Below, piece by piece: positions 19,644 to 29,418 of a DNA stretch of 64,000 bases. The position numbers were made by a program, and so were the translations under genes. The stretch comes from Candidatus Latescibacterota bacterium (GTDB lineage Bacteria; Latescibacterota; CBDEFO01): NCBI GenBank assembly GCA_965237525.1, contig CBDEFO010000006.1:320001-384000 (forward strand). The letters run 5' to 3'. How positions within the stretch are numbered: position 1 is the first letter of the stretch; each line of letters opens with the position of its first letter. The notes beneath the pieces are model-generated. The model had not been told where the DNA came from, searched no databases, and was given only the letters and a program-made list of their open reading frames with translations.

Positions 19644-20262
19644 ATGGACGCTCTTGAGATAGCAGCCAAGTGGCATCAAGAGGCAGACCAGCTCATTTAT
19701 GACCGAGGGATAGATGCGATCCTTCGGTCTTACGGACGCGTATCGTACACAGGAAGCTACGCGATTAACTTGATGGCCTGGCCAGACATTGATATCGACA
19801 TGGTGCTGGGATATCGACATGGTGCTGGAGCCAGATCCTTTTTTAACCGATGACTTTTTCAAGATGGGCAAAGAGATTGTAACCATTGACGGCGTGCTTT
19901 CACTCAAGTTTAACAACTTTCTTCCGCAGCAAGTGGAAGGACTGACCAATGGCCTTTACTGGGGGGTACGCAAAACTACATGGACCACACGGTGGAAAAT
20001 AGACATATCGGCTACGGACACAGAATATCTTGAAAAGAATCGGGCCTCGATGGAACGGATACGTCGAGCGCTGGATGAGGAGACACGAAGATCGATCATT
20101 CAGATCAAACACGCCTTGTTGACTTCAGAAGGTCGTACGCCTGTGCTAAGCGGCTATCACATCTACGAAGCCGTTTTATTTAAAGGATTACGGTATAAAG
20201 GATTACGGACAGAGGAGCACCTACGAACATACTTGAGGCAGCAATGGATTGAAGGAGTCTGA
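19644..20262 (+). pseudogene. Hypothetical (nucleotidyltransferase-like) gene frameshifted by a 19-bp tandem duplication
   Basis: GSY...DIDID motif; GATATCGACATGGTGCTGG repeated at 19791-19828 splits it into ORFs 19644-19853 and 19789-20262. Confidence 0.72.
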
Positions 20263-20358
20263 AAGTGCTCTAACAGATTTCACCTGTTTTCAAACATGAG
20301 CCACTTTTTAAACTTCATCGCCGTACACATAACTTCTTATTAACAGGAGAACTAACAC

Positions 20359-21432
20359 ATGGTAGGGACAATCGACCTCAGAAAACTTGAAGGCTCAAAG
20401 AAGATATTTGTCGTAAGGGAACAGGGGTATTTCCCCGTCGCCGTATCTTTTCCGGACGGGAGGATCGTTGTGGTCTTGAGGGATGGGGCAGGACACATGG
20501 GGATCGAAGGCAGACTGTACTCCCTGTGGTCAGACGACAGCGGTGAAAGCTGGTCACTCCCTGTGGAGATCGTTGACAGCCAGAGAGACGATCGAAATCC
20601 ATCGGTGGGATTAAGCGTGAACAATGTTCTGGTCCTGGGGTACCACGTTCAGGGCTGTTATACCCCTGCCGGGAAGTATCAACCGGGAGAAGGCTCGGTG
20701 GATACGTACCTAACCCGGTCCCACGATAGCGGGGAGACGTGGGAAGAGGCGTACCCTTTGAGCTACCAGCCGCTGAACTCCAGATCCCCTTTTGGGAGGA
20801 TGCTGACGCTGGACGACGGGACGCTGCTTATGCCGATGTATGGGCATATGACGGGGGTTATAGATGGCGAGGAAGATTCTAAGACCGGATATTGCTCCTA
20901 TCTTCTGCGCTCAAAGGATGAGGGTCTGACATGGAGCGATCCGTCCTTGGTGGCGGCCGATCTGAACGAGGCCTCGTTTTTGAGATTTCCACATCGAGAC
21001 ATAATAGGGGCTATCAGAGGCCAGGAGGGTGGAGGAGGTCTGCAGATAGTGCGCTCAGGCGACGATGGCTATACGTGGACAACGCCAACCAGGATTACAG
21101 GGCCACAGGAGCATCCGTGGGATATGACGCTTTTGAAGAACGGATACGTTCTGTTAGTGTACGGCCAGCGAAATGAACCCTACGGTGCCAACGCGATGAT
21201 CTCTAAGGACGGAGGGCGTACATGGGAGTATGAGACGAAGTTGATCATCGACGACACCCGTCCAGGGAAAGACTGCGGCTATCCGACTTCGGTTCGAAGA
21301 GATGACGGAACGATCGTTACTATCTACTACTCAGCAGGCGATCACATGGACGGATACAGAGGCGACGGAGCATTCGCTAAAGCTTTAATTTACAGCGAAG
21401 ACGAACTTATAAAAGCAGTAGACAGCACATGA
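20359..21432 (+). CDS. BNR/Asp-box sialidase-family protein
   Basis: Asp boxes SDDSGESW, SHDSGETW, SKDEGLTW, SKDGGRTW; DCGYP. Confidence 0.85.
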   Translation: MVGTIDLRKLEGSKKIFVVREQGYFPVAVSFPDGRIVVVLRDGAGHMGIEGRLYSLWSDDSGESWSLPVEIVDSQRDDRNPSVGLSVNNVLVLGYHVQGCYTPAGKYQPGEGSVDTYLTRSHDSGETWEEAYPLSYQPLNSRSPFGRMLTLDDGTLLMPMYGHMTGVIDGEEDSKTGYCSYLLRSKDEGLTWSDPSLVAADLNEASFLRFPHRDIIGAIRGQEGGGGLQIVRSGDDGYTWTTPTRITGPQEHPWDMTLLKNGYVLLVYGQRNEPYGANAMISKDGGRTWEYETKLIIDDTRPGKDCGYPTSVRRDDGTIVTIYYSAGDHMDGYRGDGAFAKALIYSEDELIKAVDST

Positions 21433-21514
21433 TTGACAGTTGACCGGACCCCGATTGAATCTATCGGGGCGGATCGGTGGCAGGGCACCGCTTCCCCTCC
21501 CCTGAGTTTGCTTT

Positions 21515-21586
21515 GTCAGACAGGAATGTCTGACCCACCTTTTTATATATGTTCGTAGTTGGTAGAACAGACATTCTTGTCTGTTC
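21515..21586. repeat. Pair of REP-like hairpins (CAGACAGGAATGTCTG / CAGACATTCTTGTCTG)
   Basis: Two inverted copies of the same small palindrome in an intergenic region. Confidence 0.55.
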
Positions 21587-21642
21587 AGTAGAGTGGGTAT
21601 CCGTGTCTCTACATCTGATGTACTAATGAATAGGAGGAAAAC

Positions 21643-22710
21643 ATGCGCAAGGCGTCTTTGGACTTTCTCAAAGCACTCGTGGAGGCTCCAAGCCCTTCAG
21701 GCTTTGAGGGACCCGTCCGGAAGATCTGGAAAAGGGAGGTGGAGGGCTACGCAGACGAGGTAAAGGTAGACCTTCACGGGAACACCATCGCCTCGTACAA
21801 CCCCGACGGAGAACCCAGGATAATGCTTGCGGGGCACTGCGATGAGTTGGGCTTTATGGTTGTGTACATCAACGACGAGGGCTACATCCACTTTTCAACA
21901 ATCGGAGGGTTCGACTATACGCTCATTCCGGGCAGAAAAGTTCGCATCCACACGAAGAATGGACCTGTTTTAGGCGTCATCGGAAGGAAGGCCGTGCACC
22001 TTATGGAGGACGATGAGAGGAAGAAGGCCTCCAAGATTCACGAGCTGTGGATCGACATAGGAGCAGAGGACAAGAAAGAGACGGAATCTGTAGTTTCTAT
22101 AGGCGATCCCATAACCTACGATGCAAACTTCGAGGAGTTGAGGAACGGGGTAGCTATCTCAAGGGCGTTCGACGATAAAGCAGGTGCCTTCGTAGTAGCA
22201 GAGGCTATGAGAATAGTAGCGAACAAAAGACAAAAGCCGAGGGCGGCCCTCTTTTCGGTGGCTACGGTTCAGGAGGAGATAGGATTAAGGGGAGCCACAA
22301 CGAGCGCATACGGCGTTAATCCGACTGTGGGAATAGCTGTAGATGTGACGCATGCGACGGATCAACCTGACGTGGACAAACGGAAAATCGGCGATGTCAA
22401 GATAGGCGGGGGACCCTCGATTTCAAGAGGAGCCAACATAAATCCCGTGGTGTTCGATCTCCTGATTCAAATAGCCGAAGATAAGAAAATACCCTATCAG
22501 CTTGAGGGAGAGCCCAGGGGAACAGGCACAGATGCTAACGCCATTCAGCTTGCGCGGGCAGGAGTCGCCGCCGGTCTTGTGGGCGTACCTTTGAGATACA
22601 TGCACACCCCTGTGGAGCTTTTAGCCTTCAAGGACGCCGAAAACTGTGCCAAACTACTGGCCGAGTTTGTCATGGCAGTGGACAGCTCTACAAGTTTTGT
22701 GCCGGATTAA
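21643..22710 (+). CDS. M42 family metallopeptidase
   Basis: SPSGFE, AGHCDELG, AFDDKAG, TVQEEIGLRGA, GTDA, RYMHTPVE. Confidence 0.95.
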   Translation: MRKASLDFLKALVEAPSPSGFEGPVRKIWKREVEGYADEVKVDLHGNTIASYNPDGEPRIMLAGHCDELGFMVVYINDEGYIHFSTIGGFDYTLIPGRKVRIHTKNGPVLGVIGRKAVHLMEDDERKKASKIHELWIDIGAEDKKETESVVSIGDPITYDANFEELRNGVAISRAFDDKAGAFVVAEAMRIVANKRQKPRAALFSVATVQEEIGLRGATTSAYGVNPTVGIAVDVTHATDQPDVDKRKIGDVKIGGGPSISRGANINPVVFDLLIQIAEDKKIPYQLEGEPRGTGTDANAIQLARAGVAAGLVGVPLRYMHTPVELLAFKDAENCAKLLAEFVMAVDSSTSFVPD

Positions 22711-22776
22711 GGCGGGAAAGGTCTATCTCCAATACAGGCTATCGTTTGGAAATACATAAAAGAAGACAGAAGCAAG

Positions 22777-23061
22777 ATGTCCCAAAACAGAGCAAACCTC
22801 CACACCGTTGTAAGCGGAGTGGTTCAGGGAGTCGGATTTCGATTCTTCGCTCAGGCAATAGCGTACAGATACAATCTGGTCGGATACGTCAGGAATCTGC
22901 CTGACGGGAGGGTCGAGGTGGAAGTCGAGGGGGAAATAGGACTCCTGAACGATTTCCTGGAAGATATGAAAAGGGGACCAATCTCCGCCAGGGTAACAGC
23001 CGTTGGGACAAAATGGGGAGAATATTCGGGGAAATACAAGAACTTTGAAGTCAGATATTGA
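22777..23061 (+). CDS. acyP: Acylphosphatase
   Basis: [22 protein letters not shown]. Confidence 0.95.
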   Translation: MSQNRANLHTVVSGVVQGVGFRFFAQAIAYRYNLVGYVRNLPDGRVEVEVEGEIGLLNDFLEDMKRGPISARVTAVGTKWGEYSGKYKNFEVRY

Positions 23062-23292
23062 AAAGGAAATGAAAAACACTCGGCTCTGGTTGGTCTAATA
23101 AGGCGAAAGCCCAGGTTGTTGATGTTGAGGGCGTTGGAACTAGTCTGCTGCCGCAGGAATTTGGGATTTTCACCGGAAATCTTGGTCCCATTGAGGTGAT
23201 CTCCGTCCTCCGAGCACAAGCGCATGTTTCTGTTTGAAATACGAAGAGCTTAAGACACTTATCTGGAATTTCAAGTCAGGGGAGAATTCATA

Positions 23293-23808
23293 TTGAAAGA
23301 ATTAAAAAACTATATCAGAGACGTCCCAGATTTTCCCAAGAAAGGGATCGTATTCAAGGACATTACGACTCTCTTAAAGGATCAAGAGGCCTTCAAGGAC
23401 GCAATTGATCAGCTTACGGAGCCGTTTCGAGAAGCCGAAGTTGACATTGTAGTCGGCATCGAGTCCAGAGGGTTCATCTTCGGCTCGGCGGTGGCTTACA
23501 AACTCGGAGCGGCCTTCGTCCCCGTCCGAAAGCCCGGCAAGCTCCCCGCAGATGCCCTCAAAGAAGAATACGCCCTGGAGTACGGAACAGACGTGGTCGA
23601 GATTCACCAAGACAGCATAAAAGAGGGCCAGAAGGTGCTTATAGTAGACGACCTTCTGGCGACCGGAGGAACGATGGAGGCTACCTGTAAGCTCATCGAA
23701 CAGCTCAAAGCCCAAATCGTCGGCATAAGGTTCCTGATCGAGCTTACCTTCTTAAAGGGAAAAGAGAAGTTGAGTGGCTACGATGTATCCTCTATAATCG
23801 AGTATTGA
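23293..23808 (+). CDS. apt: Adenine phosphoribosyltransferase
   Basis: PDFPKKGIVFKDITTLL, ESRGF, YALEYG, IVDDLLATGGT. Confidence 0.97.
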   Translation: MKELKNYIRDVPDFPKKGIVFKDITTLLKDQEAFKDAIDQLTEPFREAEVDIVVGIESRGFIFGSAVAYKLGAAFVPVRKPGKLPADALKEEYALEYGTDVVEIHQDSIKEGQKVLIVDDLLATGGTMEATCKLIEQLKAQIVGIRFLIELTFLKGKEKLSGYDVSSIIEY

Positions 23809-23864
23809 TGTCCGTACTGTGGCGAGTAGAATAGCAAGAGCGAACGGAAAAATAAGGTAATCTT

Positions 23865-24497
23865 ATGAAATCAACCGAGGAACTGTATCAGATTGCCGAT
23901 GAATTGCGGGCTATTGCCAATCTTGGCCTGAATTATTCAAAAAATGAATATGATCTGGATAGATATGAAAGGATTCTTTCTGCTAGCGCGCGATTGATTG
24001 GAGCGATAGAGCACCGATCATCAGAAGAAGTATTGGAGCAGTTTCAAGATAACATGTTCCATGTGAGTCCATTGGCAGGGGCTGAGGCTGCTGTACTCCA
24101 TGACAACCAACTTTTGCTCGTCAGGAGACAAGACAATGGACTTTGGGCGATTCCTGGAGGGCTCACAGATGTAGGCGAAACATTAGCTGAGGCAGCCCAA
24201 CGTGAGCTCTGGGAAGAGACACAGATAAGAGGACATGTTACAAAGTTGATTGGGATTTTCGACTCGCGAAAGTGGAAGAGTCGGACTAAAGCTCAGCTTT
24301 ATCATGCTGTGTTTCTCGTAGAATGCGAAAACCCTTCGCCATCAACAAGTTCAGAGACGACAGATGTCCGTTTTTTTAGTGAAGACCGTTTGCCATCCCT
24401 TTCACCAGGTCATCATCTAAGAGTTCCTTTTGTCCTTAATCTTCTTCGCGAAGAGAAGTCAATACCATATTTCGATCCTCCTGAAGGCACTTTTTAA
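23865..24497 (+). CDS. NUDIX hydrolase with N-terminal YjhB-like domain
   Basis: Nudix box [24 protein letters not shown]-terminal YDLDRY. Confidence 0.88.
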   Translation: MKSTEELYQIADELRAIANLGLNYSKNEYDLDRYERILSASARLIGAIEHRSSEEVLEQFQDNMFHVSPLAGAEAAVLHDNQLLLVRRQDNGLWAIPGGLTDVGETLAEAAQRELWEETQIRGHVTKLIGIFDSRKWKSRTKAQLYHAVFLVECENPSPSTSSETTDVRFFSEDRLPSLSPGHHLRVPFVLNLLREEKSIPYFDPPEGTF

Positions 24498-24507
24498 GAC
24501 ATCGAGA

Positions 24508-24608
24508 CCCAAGTTCTCGGAGTACAGTTCTTGATCGAGCTTACCTTCTTGAACGCTGGGAGCAGTCGAGTGGATACGATGTATCCTCTATAATCGAATA
24601 CTGATGTC
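24508..24608 (+). pseudogene. Diverged orphan copy of the apt 3' end
   Basis: Matches 23711-23812 (TGATCGAGCTTACCTTCTT...TACGATGTATCCTCTATAATCGA). Confidence 0.8.
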
Positions 24609-24714
24609 AAAGGAAATAGCCAGACAGCGCGGTGTAGGGCATCTATTGGCCACTCCGCTGTCTTTTCACTTCGCATCGCAAGTGTAAAGTGACATACGCT
24701 AAAGAGGATAGCTA

Positions 24715-25182
24715 ATGACTCGTGCACCTTTTCAAGTCCTGGTCTTCCCCTACCGATTCGATCGGCATGGTGAAATTGAATATGCAATATTTAGTAGATC
24801 CGACTCCGAGCTAGATGTCTGGCAAGGTATTGCAGGAGGTGGTGAAGATGACGAAACGCCTTTAGAGGCGGCAAAACGGGAGACATGGGAGGAGATTGGC
24901 CTACCTACCAAGTCCCTCTTCACCGCTTTGGACACAGTCTCATCAATACCGGTTGCATGCTTCGGGGATAGCCATCTATGGGGTGACGAAGTGTTCGTGA
25001 TCCGCGAGTACTCTTTCGGTGTAGATGCGTCGGAATGTAAGATAACACTTTCGTGTGAACACATTGAATATAAATGGCTTGCGTACAACAATGCTGTAGA
25101 ACTCCTGAAATGGGACGGCAACAAGACCGCATTATGGGAACTAAATCAGCGTCTAAAAATGCTCGCGGCTTTGCCCGACTGA
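24715..25182 (+). CDS. NUDIX pyrophosphatase
   Basis: WQGIAGGGEDDETPLEAAKRETWEEIG; LSCEHIEYKW. Confidence 0.88.
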   Translation: MTRAPFQVLVFPYRFDRHGEIEYAIFSRSDSELDVWQGIAGGGEDDETPLEAAKRETWEEIGLPTKSLFTALDTVSSIPVACFGDSHLWGDEVFVIREYSFGVDASECKITLSCEHIEYKWLAYNNAVELLKWDGNKTALWELNQRLKMLAALPD

Positions 25183-25211
25183 AACAGCAAGATAGACGAG
25201 GAGGGTAGGAG

Positions 25212-26150
25212 ATGAAAACTATCAACAAAACTACCTTGGCGAAATCCAGAGAATATATCGAGAACAATTGCAGGAGACTCGTGAAGGAACTCTTTATTCA
25301 CTCTTTCGAGCGGGAGAACACCAAAGGGGCTATATCTGCGTTACGTGCCTTTCAGAACGGAGATGGCGGATTCGGACACGGACTTGAAAGAGATTTTCTC
25401 CTGCCAGATTCTTCCCCGATGGCAACTTCGGTTGCCTTTGGAATCCTAACCGAATTGGACGTGCCATCAGATGAACCTATCGTTGGGAAGGGAATAGAGT
25501 ACCTCATGAACACATATGATCCCGATAGGGGAAAATGGAGGACAGTCCCCAAGGAAGTTAACGACCACCCCCATGCTCCGTGGTGGCATTACATGGAGGA
25601 AGAAGACGGGACAGTTCTCGACCGCAACTGGGGAAACCCAACGGCGGAGATTGTAGGATATCTGGTGCGATATAGCAAGTTGGTACCCGCGGATCTACTC
25701 AATCAACTCTACGATCACACTCTCGAATACTTGCGAAACCAGCCGGACACGATGGAAATGCATGAATTGTACTGCTTCCTAAGATTCTCCGAACATATAT
25801 CCCCAGATGATTTTCAGAGTGTTCGCGACAAGCTCACACAGTTGGTCATGAGTGCGGTGACTGCCGATCCGGAAGGGTGGAAACAATATTCATCCCAACC
25901 GCTCGATTTCGTCAAAAGCCCCGATTCGTTCTTGTGTCCATTGCTTCGAGAACATGTGGAAATCAATCTTGACTACTGGATTGACAGCATGGCGCCCGAA
26001 GGCGTCTGGTTACCCACCTGGTCTTGGGAACAGTATGAAGAAGCCTGGTTAGAAGCAGCGAGGGATATTACAGGGGGACTGACCGTAGAAAGATTTAAGG
26101 TATTGGATCGTTTCCATAGAGTCGAGTCACAACGAGAATCGTGGACTTGA
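25212..26150 (+). CDS. Hypothetical protein, prenyltransferase/squalene-cyclase-like repeat
   Basis: FQNGDGGFGHGLE (QxxDGG motif), PHAPWW. Confidence 0.6.
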   Translation: MKTINKTTLAKSREYIENNCRRLVKELFIHSFERENTKGAISALRAFQNGDGGFGHGLERDFLLPDSSPMATSVAFGILTELDVPSDEPIVGKGIEYLMNTYDPDRGKWRTVPKEVNDHPHAPWWHYMEEEDGTVLDRNWGNPTAEIVGYLVRYSKLVPADLLNQLYDHTLEYLRNQPDTMEMHELYCFLRFSEHISPDDFQSVRDKLTQLVMSAVTADPEGWKQYSSQPLDFVKSPDSFLCPLLREHVEINLDYWIDSMAPEGVWLPTWSWEQYEEAWLEAARDITGGLTVERFKVLDRFHRVESQRESWT

Positions 26151-26190
26151 ACGCCTCCATATCGATCCCGACATTCGAAGGGAAAAACAA

Positions 26191-26327
26191 CTGTCAGATT
26201 TACAACCTGAATCCCAGGTAGAGAAAGCAGAATCCAAAGTCAAGACTGAAGCGATGCCAGTTGAGGCGTGGATTTCAAGTCCGGTGCCGCGCTCATACTT
26301 CTGGCTCTGTTGTGGGGCGGGCATCCT
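26191..26327 (+). pseudogene. Diverged orphan copy of the EamA gene 5' end
   Basis: Matches 26747-26884 (GAATCCAAAGTCAAGACTGAAGCGATGCC...GCTCTGTTGTGGGGCGGGCA) with a 1-bp deletion. Confidence 0.82.
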
Positions 26328-26349
26328 TCAGAAACAGGAGGTGATGTTG

Positions 26350-26574
26350 ATGCACAAAGGGATCGTGATCGACCCGGAAATTCAGCATGGAAAACCGGTA
26401 ATTCGGGGTACACGGGTGCCCGTAGTACGTATCGTTAGCGGTTTGGCCGATGGCATGACTAATAAGGAGGTCTGCCAGGAATATGAGGTGAGCGAAGAAG
26501 ATGTTCGGGCAGCGCTGGAATATGCGGCTGAGCTGATTGACTCTGAGGAAGTTCATCCGCTTCCCGGATCATAG
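26350..26574 (+). CDS. DUF433 protein (antitoxin-like)
   Basis: IDPEIQHGKPVIRGTRVPV...EDVRAALEYA; GGAGG RBS; no partner toxin adjacent. Confidence 0.85.
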   Translation: MHKGIVIDPEIQHGKPVIRGTRVPVVRIVSGLADGMTNKEVCQEYEVSEEDVRAALEYAAELIDSEEVHPLPGS

Positions 26575-26746
26575 AAGTCAGGAATTGTATGTAAGAAATA
26601 CAGCTACGGGAGGTCAAAGGAGATCATAAAGCTATCCAATCTGTCTTGACCTTGAACAAGTTCTAGTTTATCTTTCTATGCAAAGAATCTAATTGTTCCC
26701 AAAGGAGTTACATTAAAGGACACATAATTGTCAGAAGGACACATAA

Positions 26747-27688
26747 TTGTCAGAATCAGAACCCCAATCACAAATAGGAGAAACCGAATCCAAAGTCAAG
26801 ACTGAAGCGATGCCGGTTGAGGGCGTGGATTTCAAGTCCGGGGCTGCCCTTATACTTTTAGCTCTGTTGTGGGGCGGGCACCCTGTGGCTATGAAATTTG
26901 GACTAAAGGGCGCTCCCCCAATCGGTATGGGGGCGATAAGATTTGCTATAGGAGCGATTTCCATAGCCTTGTGGTGCGCCTTTACGGGTGTACCTCTGAG
27001 AATGAAAAGGGACGAGGTCAAACCGATTCTATGGATAACTCTGCTCTTTACATCTCAGATAGTGGCTCTAAATTGGGGGACACACCTGACGACCGCAGCC
27101 CATTCGACGGTCCTGATAAATACACATGTCTTCTTCGTATCTATACTAGCTCACTTCCTGATTCCGGGAGATAGATTAAACGTAAAAAAACTCATCGGGA
27201 TCGTCCTGTCCTTTTGCGGCGTGGCTTCCATCTTCAGGGGAAGCCTGGAACTTGGCGAATCGAGCAACCTCTTAGGCGACTCTATTGTGCTCGTAAGCGG
27301 GTTCCTTTTAGCGTTCAGGGCTGTGTTCGGGAAGAGGATAATGCAGTATGTGCATGTCTACAGGTTCCTGGCGTGGCAGATGATATTCGGCCTTATCCCC
27401 TTCACTCTTCTCAGCCTCTACACAGAGGGAGTCGAAGGCTACAATTTTACTCCCACAGTTGTCTTTTCACACTTGTACCAAGGCGTCATCGTAGCCGGGT
27501 TCTGTTTTGTGCTGTGGCACATTCTCTTGAAGCGCAAGAGTCCGAGCAAGATAGTAGTCTTCTTCTGTCTGACTCCCATATTCGGAGTGATCTTGAGCGC
27601 CCTTTTTCTATCAGAGAAGATAACGTGGGACCTTGCGGCTGGAGCGCTCTTAGTTGCAGCGGGAATGTACGTTGTGAATAAATCATAA
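26747..27688 (+). CDS. EamA/DMT family transporter
   Basis: About 10 hydrophobic segments; LLWG, IRF, PIFGVILSALFLSEK. Confidence 0.88.
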   Translation: MSESEPQSQIGETESKVKTEAMPVEGVDFKSGAALILLALLWGGHPVAMKFGLKGAPPIGMGAIRFAIGAISIALWCAFTGVPLRMKRDEVKPILWITLLFTSQIVALNWGTHLTTAAHSTVLINTHVFFVSILAHFLIPGDRLNVKKLIGIVLSFCGVASIFRGSLELGESSNLLGDSIVLVSGFLLAFRAVFGKRIMQYVHVYRFLAWQMIFGLIPFTLLSLYTEGVEGYNFTPTVVFSHLYQGVIVAGFCFVLWHILLKRKSPSKIVVFFCLTPIFGVILSALFLSEKITWDLAAGALLVAAGMYVVNKS

Positions 27689-27865
27689 GGGCAGTAGACA
27701 GGACCCCGATCATCCCCGATAGATTCAATCGAGAGCATGGGAAGTCAAAAGCAGAAACAGTAGACAGAATGTAGGGGAGAGGTTAACTCGCCCTTTATGT
27801 AGACGGGGGCAATGCCTCGCCTCTTTGCCCCCTCAAGTAGAAAGTAGTTAGTCAGAGCACAACTT

Positions 27866-28060
27866 ATGGACAAATGGGAAAAGATCAGAGAGAACATGGC
27901 AAAGATGGGTCTCCCTGCGCCTCAGCCGGTGGAAGATACAGATAATCCCCCCAAGTTCTTTATCCTGGGCGAATTAGCGGAGAAGCTATATCAGAAAGAG
28001 AATATAAAGAAAGATCAGGAAAAGTCGAATCAGTTGGATCTTTTTGACGATAATAGGTAA
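27866..28060 (+). CDS. Small hypothetical protein with C-terminal QLDLF motif
   Basis: 64-aa ORF ending QLDLFDDNR; weak RBS. Confidence 0.5.
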   Translation: MDKWEKIRENMAKMGLPAPQPVEDTDNPPKFFILGELAEKLYQKENIKKDQEKSNQLDLFDDNR

Positions 28061-28167
28061 TTTTCTGCAGGTCTTCAATTTTCCCCTTGTCCGTATACCC
28101 CGAATCTATGTATATTTATGAGTGATCGAGAGTTGTAACTCATATTGCCTAAATTTTGGAGAAATCC

Positions 28168-29418
28168 ATGCACTACTTCCAGTACAAAGGAGACGAACTG
28201 TTCTGTGACGATGTGAGCATCAAAGGGATAGCCCAAGAAGTCGGAACTCCACTATATCTTTACAGTTACCGAACCCTTATAAGACACGCTCAGAACATAG
28301 ACGGGGCCTTCAAAGATATAGATCACATAACGTGCTACTCAGTAAAGGCCAACTGGAACTTGACGCTGCTCCACATTTTGGCGAAAAGGGGTCTGGGCGC
28401 CGACATAGTCTCCGGCGGGGAACTCTACAGAGCGCTCAAGGCGGGATTTACACATGAAAAGATCGTCTATTCGGGCGTCGGCAAGAGCACCGAGGAGATA
28501 GAATATGCTCTGGGTGAGGGGATACTCGCCTTCAATGTAGAGTCCGCCGCAGAGTTAAAGGAGATCGACCAGATAGCGGGAAAGATGGGTCTGAAGGCCC
28601 CCGTTTCGCTCAGGATAAATCCCGATGTCGATCCTGAGACTCATCCTTATATATCCACGGGCTTGAGGGAGAGCAAATTCGGCATTCCTCATTCAGAGGC
28701 TCTCGAAAGCTTCAAGATGGCCCGGAGCCTGCCGAATCTGGATGTCATAGGGATAGATTCACATATCGGTTCTCAGATAACGACTGTAGCGCCCTTTGTC
28801 GAAAGTGTAGAACGTCTCGTTGAGATGGTGGACAGTATCAGGGACCTGGGGATAGACGTCCGGTACATAGACATCGGGGGGGGACTCGGCATCAGGTACA
28901 AGGACGAGGAGCCACCCGAGCCCTTAGAACTTGCCGAAGCCATCGTACCGCTCCTTTCAAAGACTGGATGCACAATAATCTTCGAACCGGGAAGGTCAAT
29001 GGTAGGAAATGTAGGAGTCCTGGTGTCCAAAGTTCTTTATGTAAAGAGGAGCGAAGAAAAGACATTCGTAATCGTGGACGCCGGCATAAATGACCTTATT
29101 CGCCCCAGCTTCTACGACTCTTACCACGACATCCTTCCCCTGGAAAGGTCTCACAGAGAAAAGGTCGTAGCCGATGTCGTAGGCCCTATATGCGAATCGG
29201 GGGACTTTTTAGCAAAAGACAGAGAGGTGACGGCCTTCAAAAGCGGAGATCTTATGGCATTTATGAGCGCAGGGGCTTACGGATTCTGTATGTCCTCAAA
29301 CTACAACTGCCGCCCTCGTCCGCCCGAGGTTATGACTGTAGATGGGAGTTTTGAGATCATAAAAGAGAGAGAGACGTATTCTGATCTCATAAGGGGAGAA
29401 AGGATAATAGAGATATGA
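28168..29418 (+). CDS. lysA: Diaminopimelate decarboxylase
   Basis: YSVKAN, VSGGEL, SKFG, HIGSQI, DIGGG, EPGR, GPICESGD, SSNYN. Confidence 0.97.
   Translation: MHYFQYKGDELFCDDVSIKGIAQEVGTPLYLYSYRTLIRHAQNIDGAFKDIDHITCYSVKANWNLTLLHILAKRGLGADIVSGGELYRALKAGFTHEKIVYSGVGKSTEEIEYALGEGILAFNVESAAELKEIDQIAGKMGLKAPVSLRINPDVDPETHPYISTGLRESKFGIPHSEALESFKMARSLPNLDVIGIDSHIGSQITTVAPFVESVERLVEMVDSIRDLGIDVRYIDIGGGLGIRYKDEEPPEPLELAEAIVPLLSKTGCTIIFEPGRSMVGNVGVLVSKVLYVKRSEEKTFVIVDAGINDLIRPSFYDSYHDILPLERSHREKVVADVVGPICESGDFLAKDREVTAFKSGDLMAFMSAGAYGFCMSSNYNCRPRPPEVMTVDGSFEIIKERETYSDLIRGERIIEI

Noticed and set aside
23062..23290. Possible purine riboswitch or 6S RNA upstream of apt
   Set aside because: Only a short GGC-GAAA-GCC hairpin is evident, with no conserved riboswitch core; an Rfam scan is needed.
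19644..26574. Run of small same-strand accessory genes as integron cassettes
   Set aside because: No paired RYYYAAC...GTTRRRY attC-like sites and no integrase were found.
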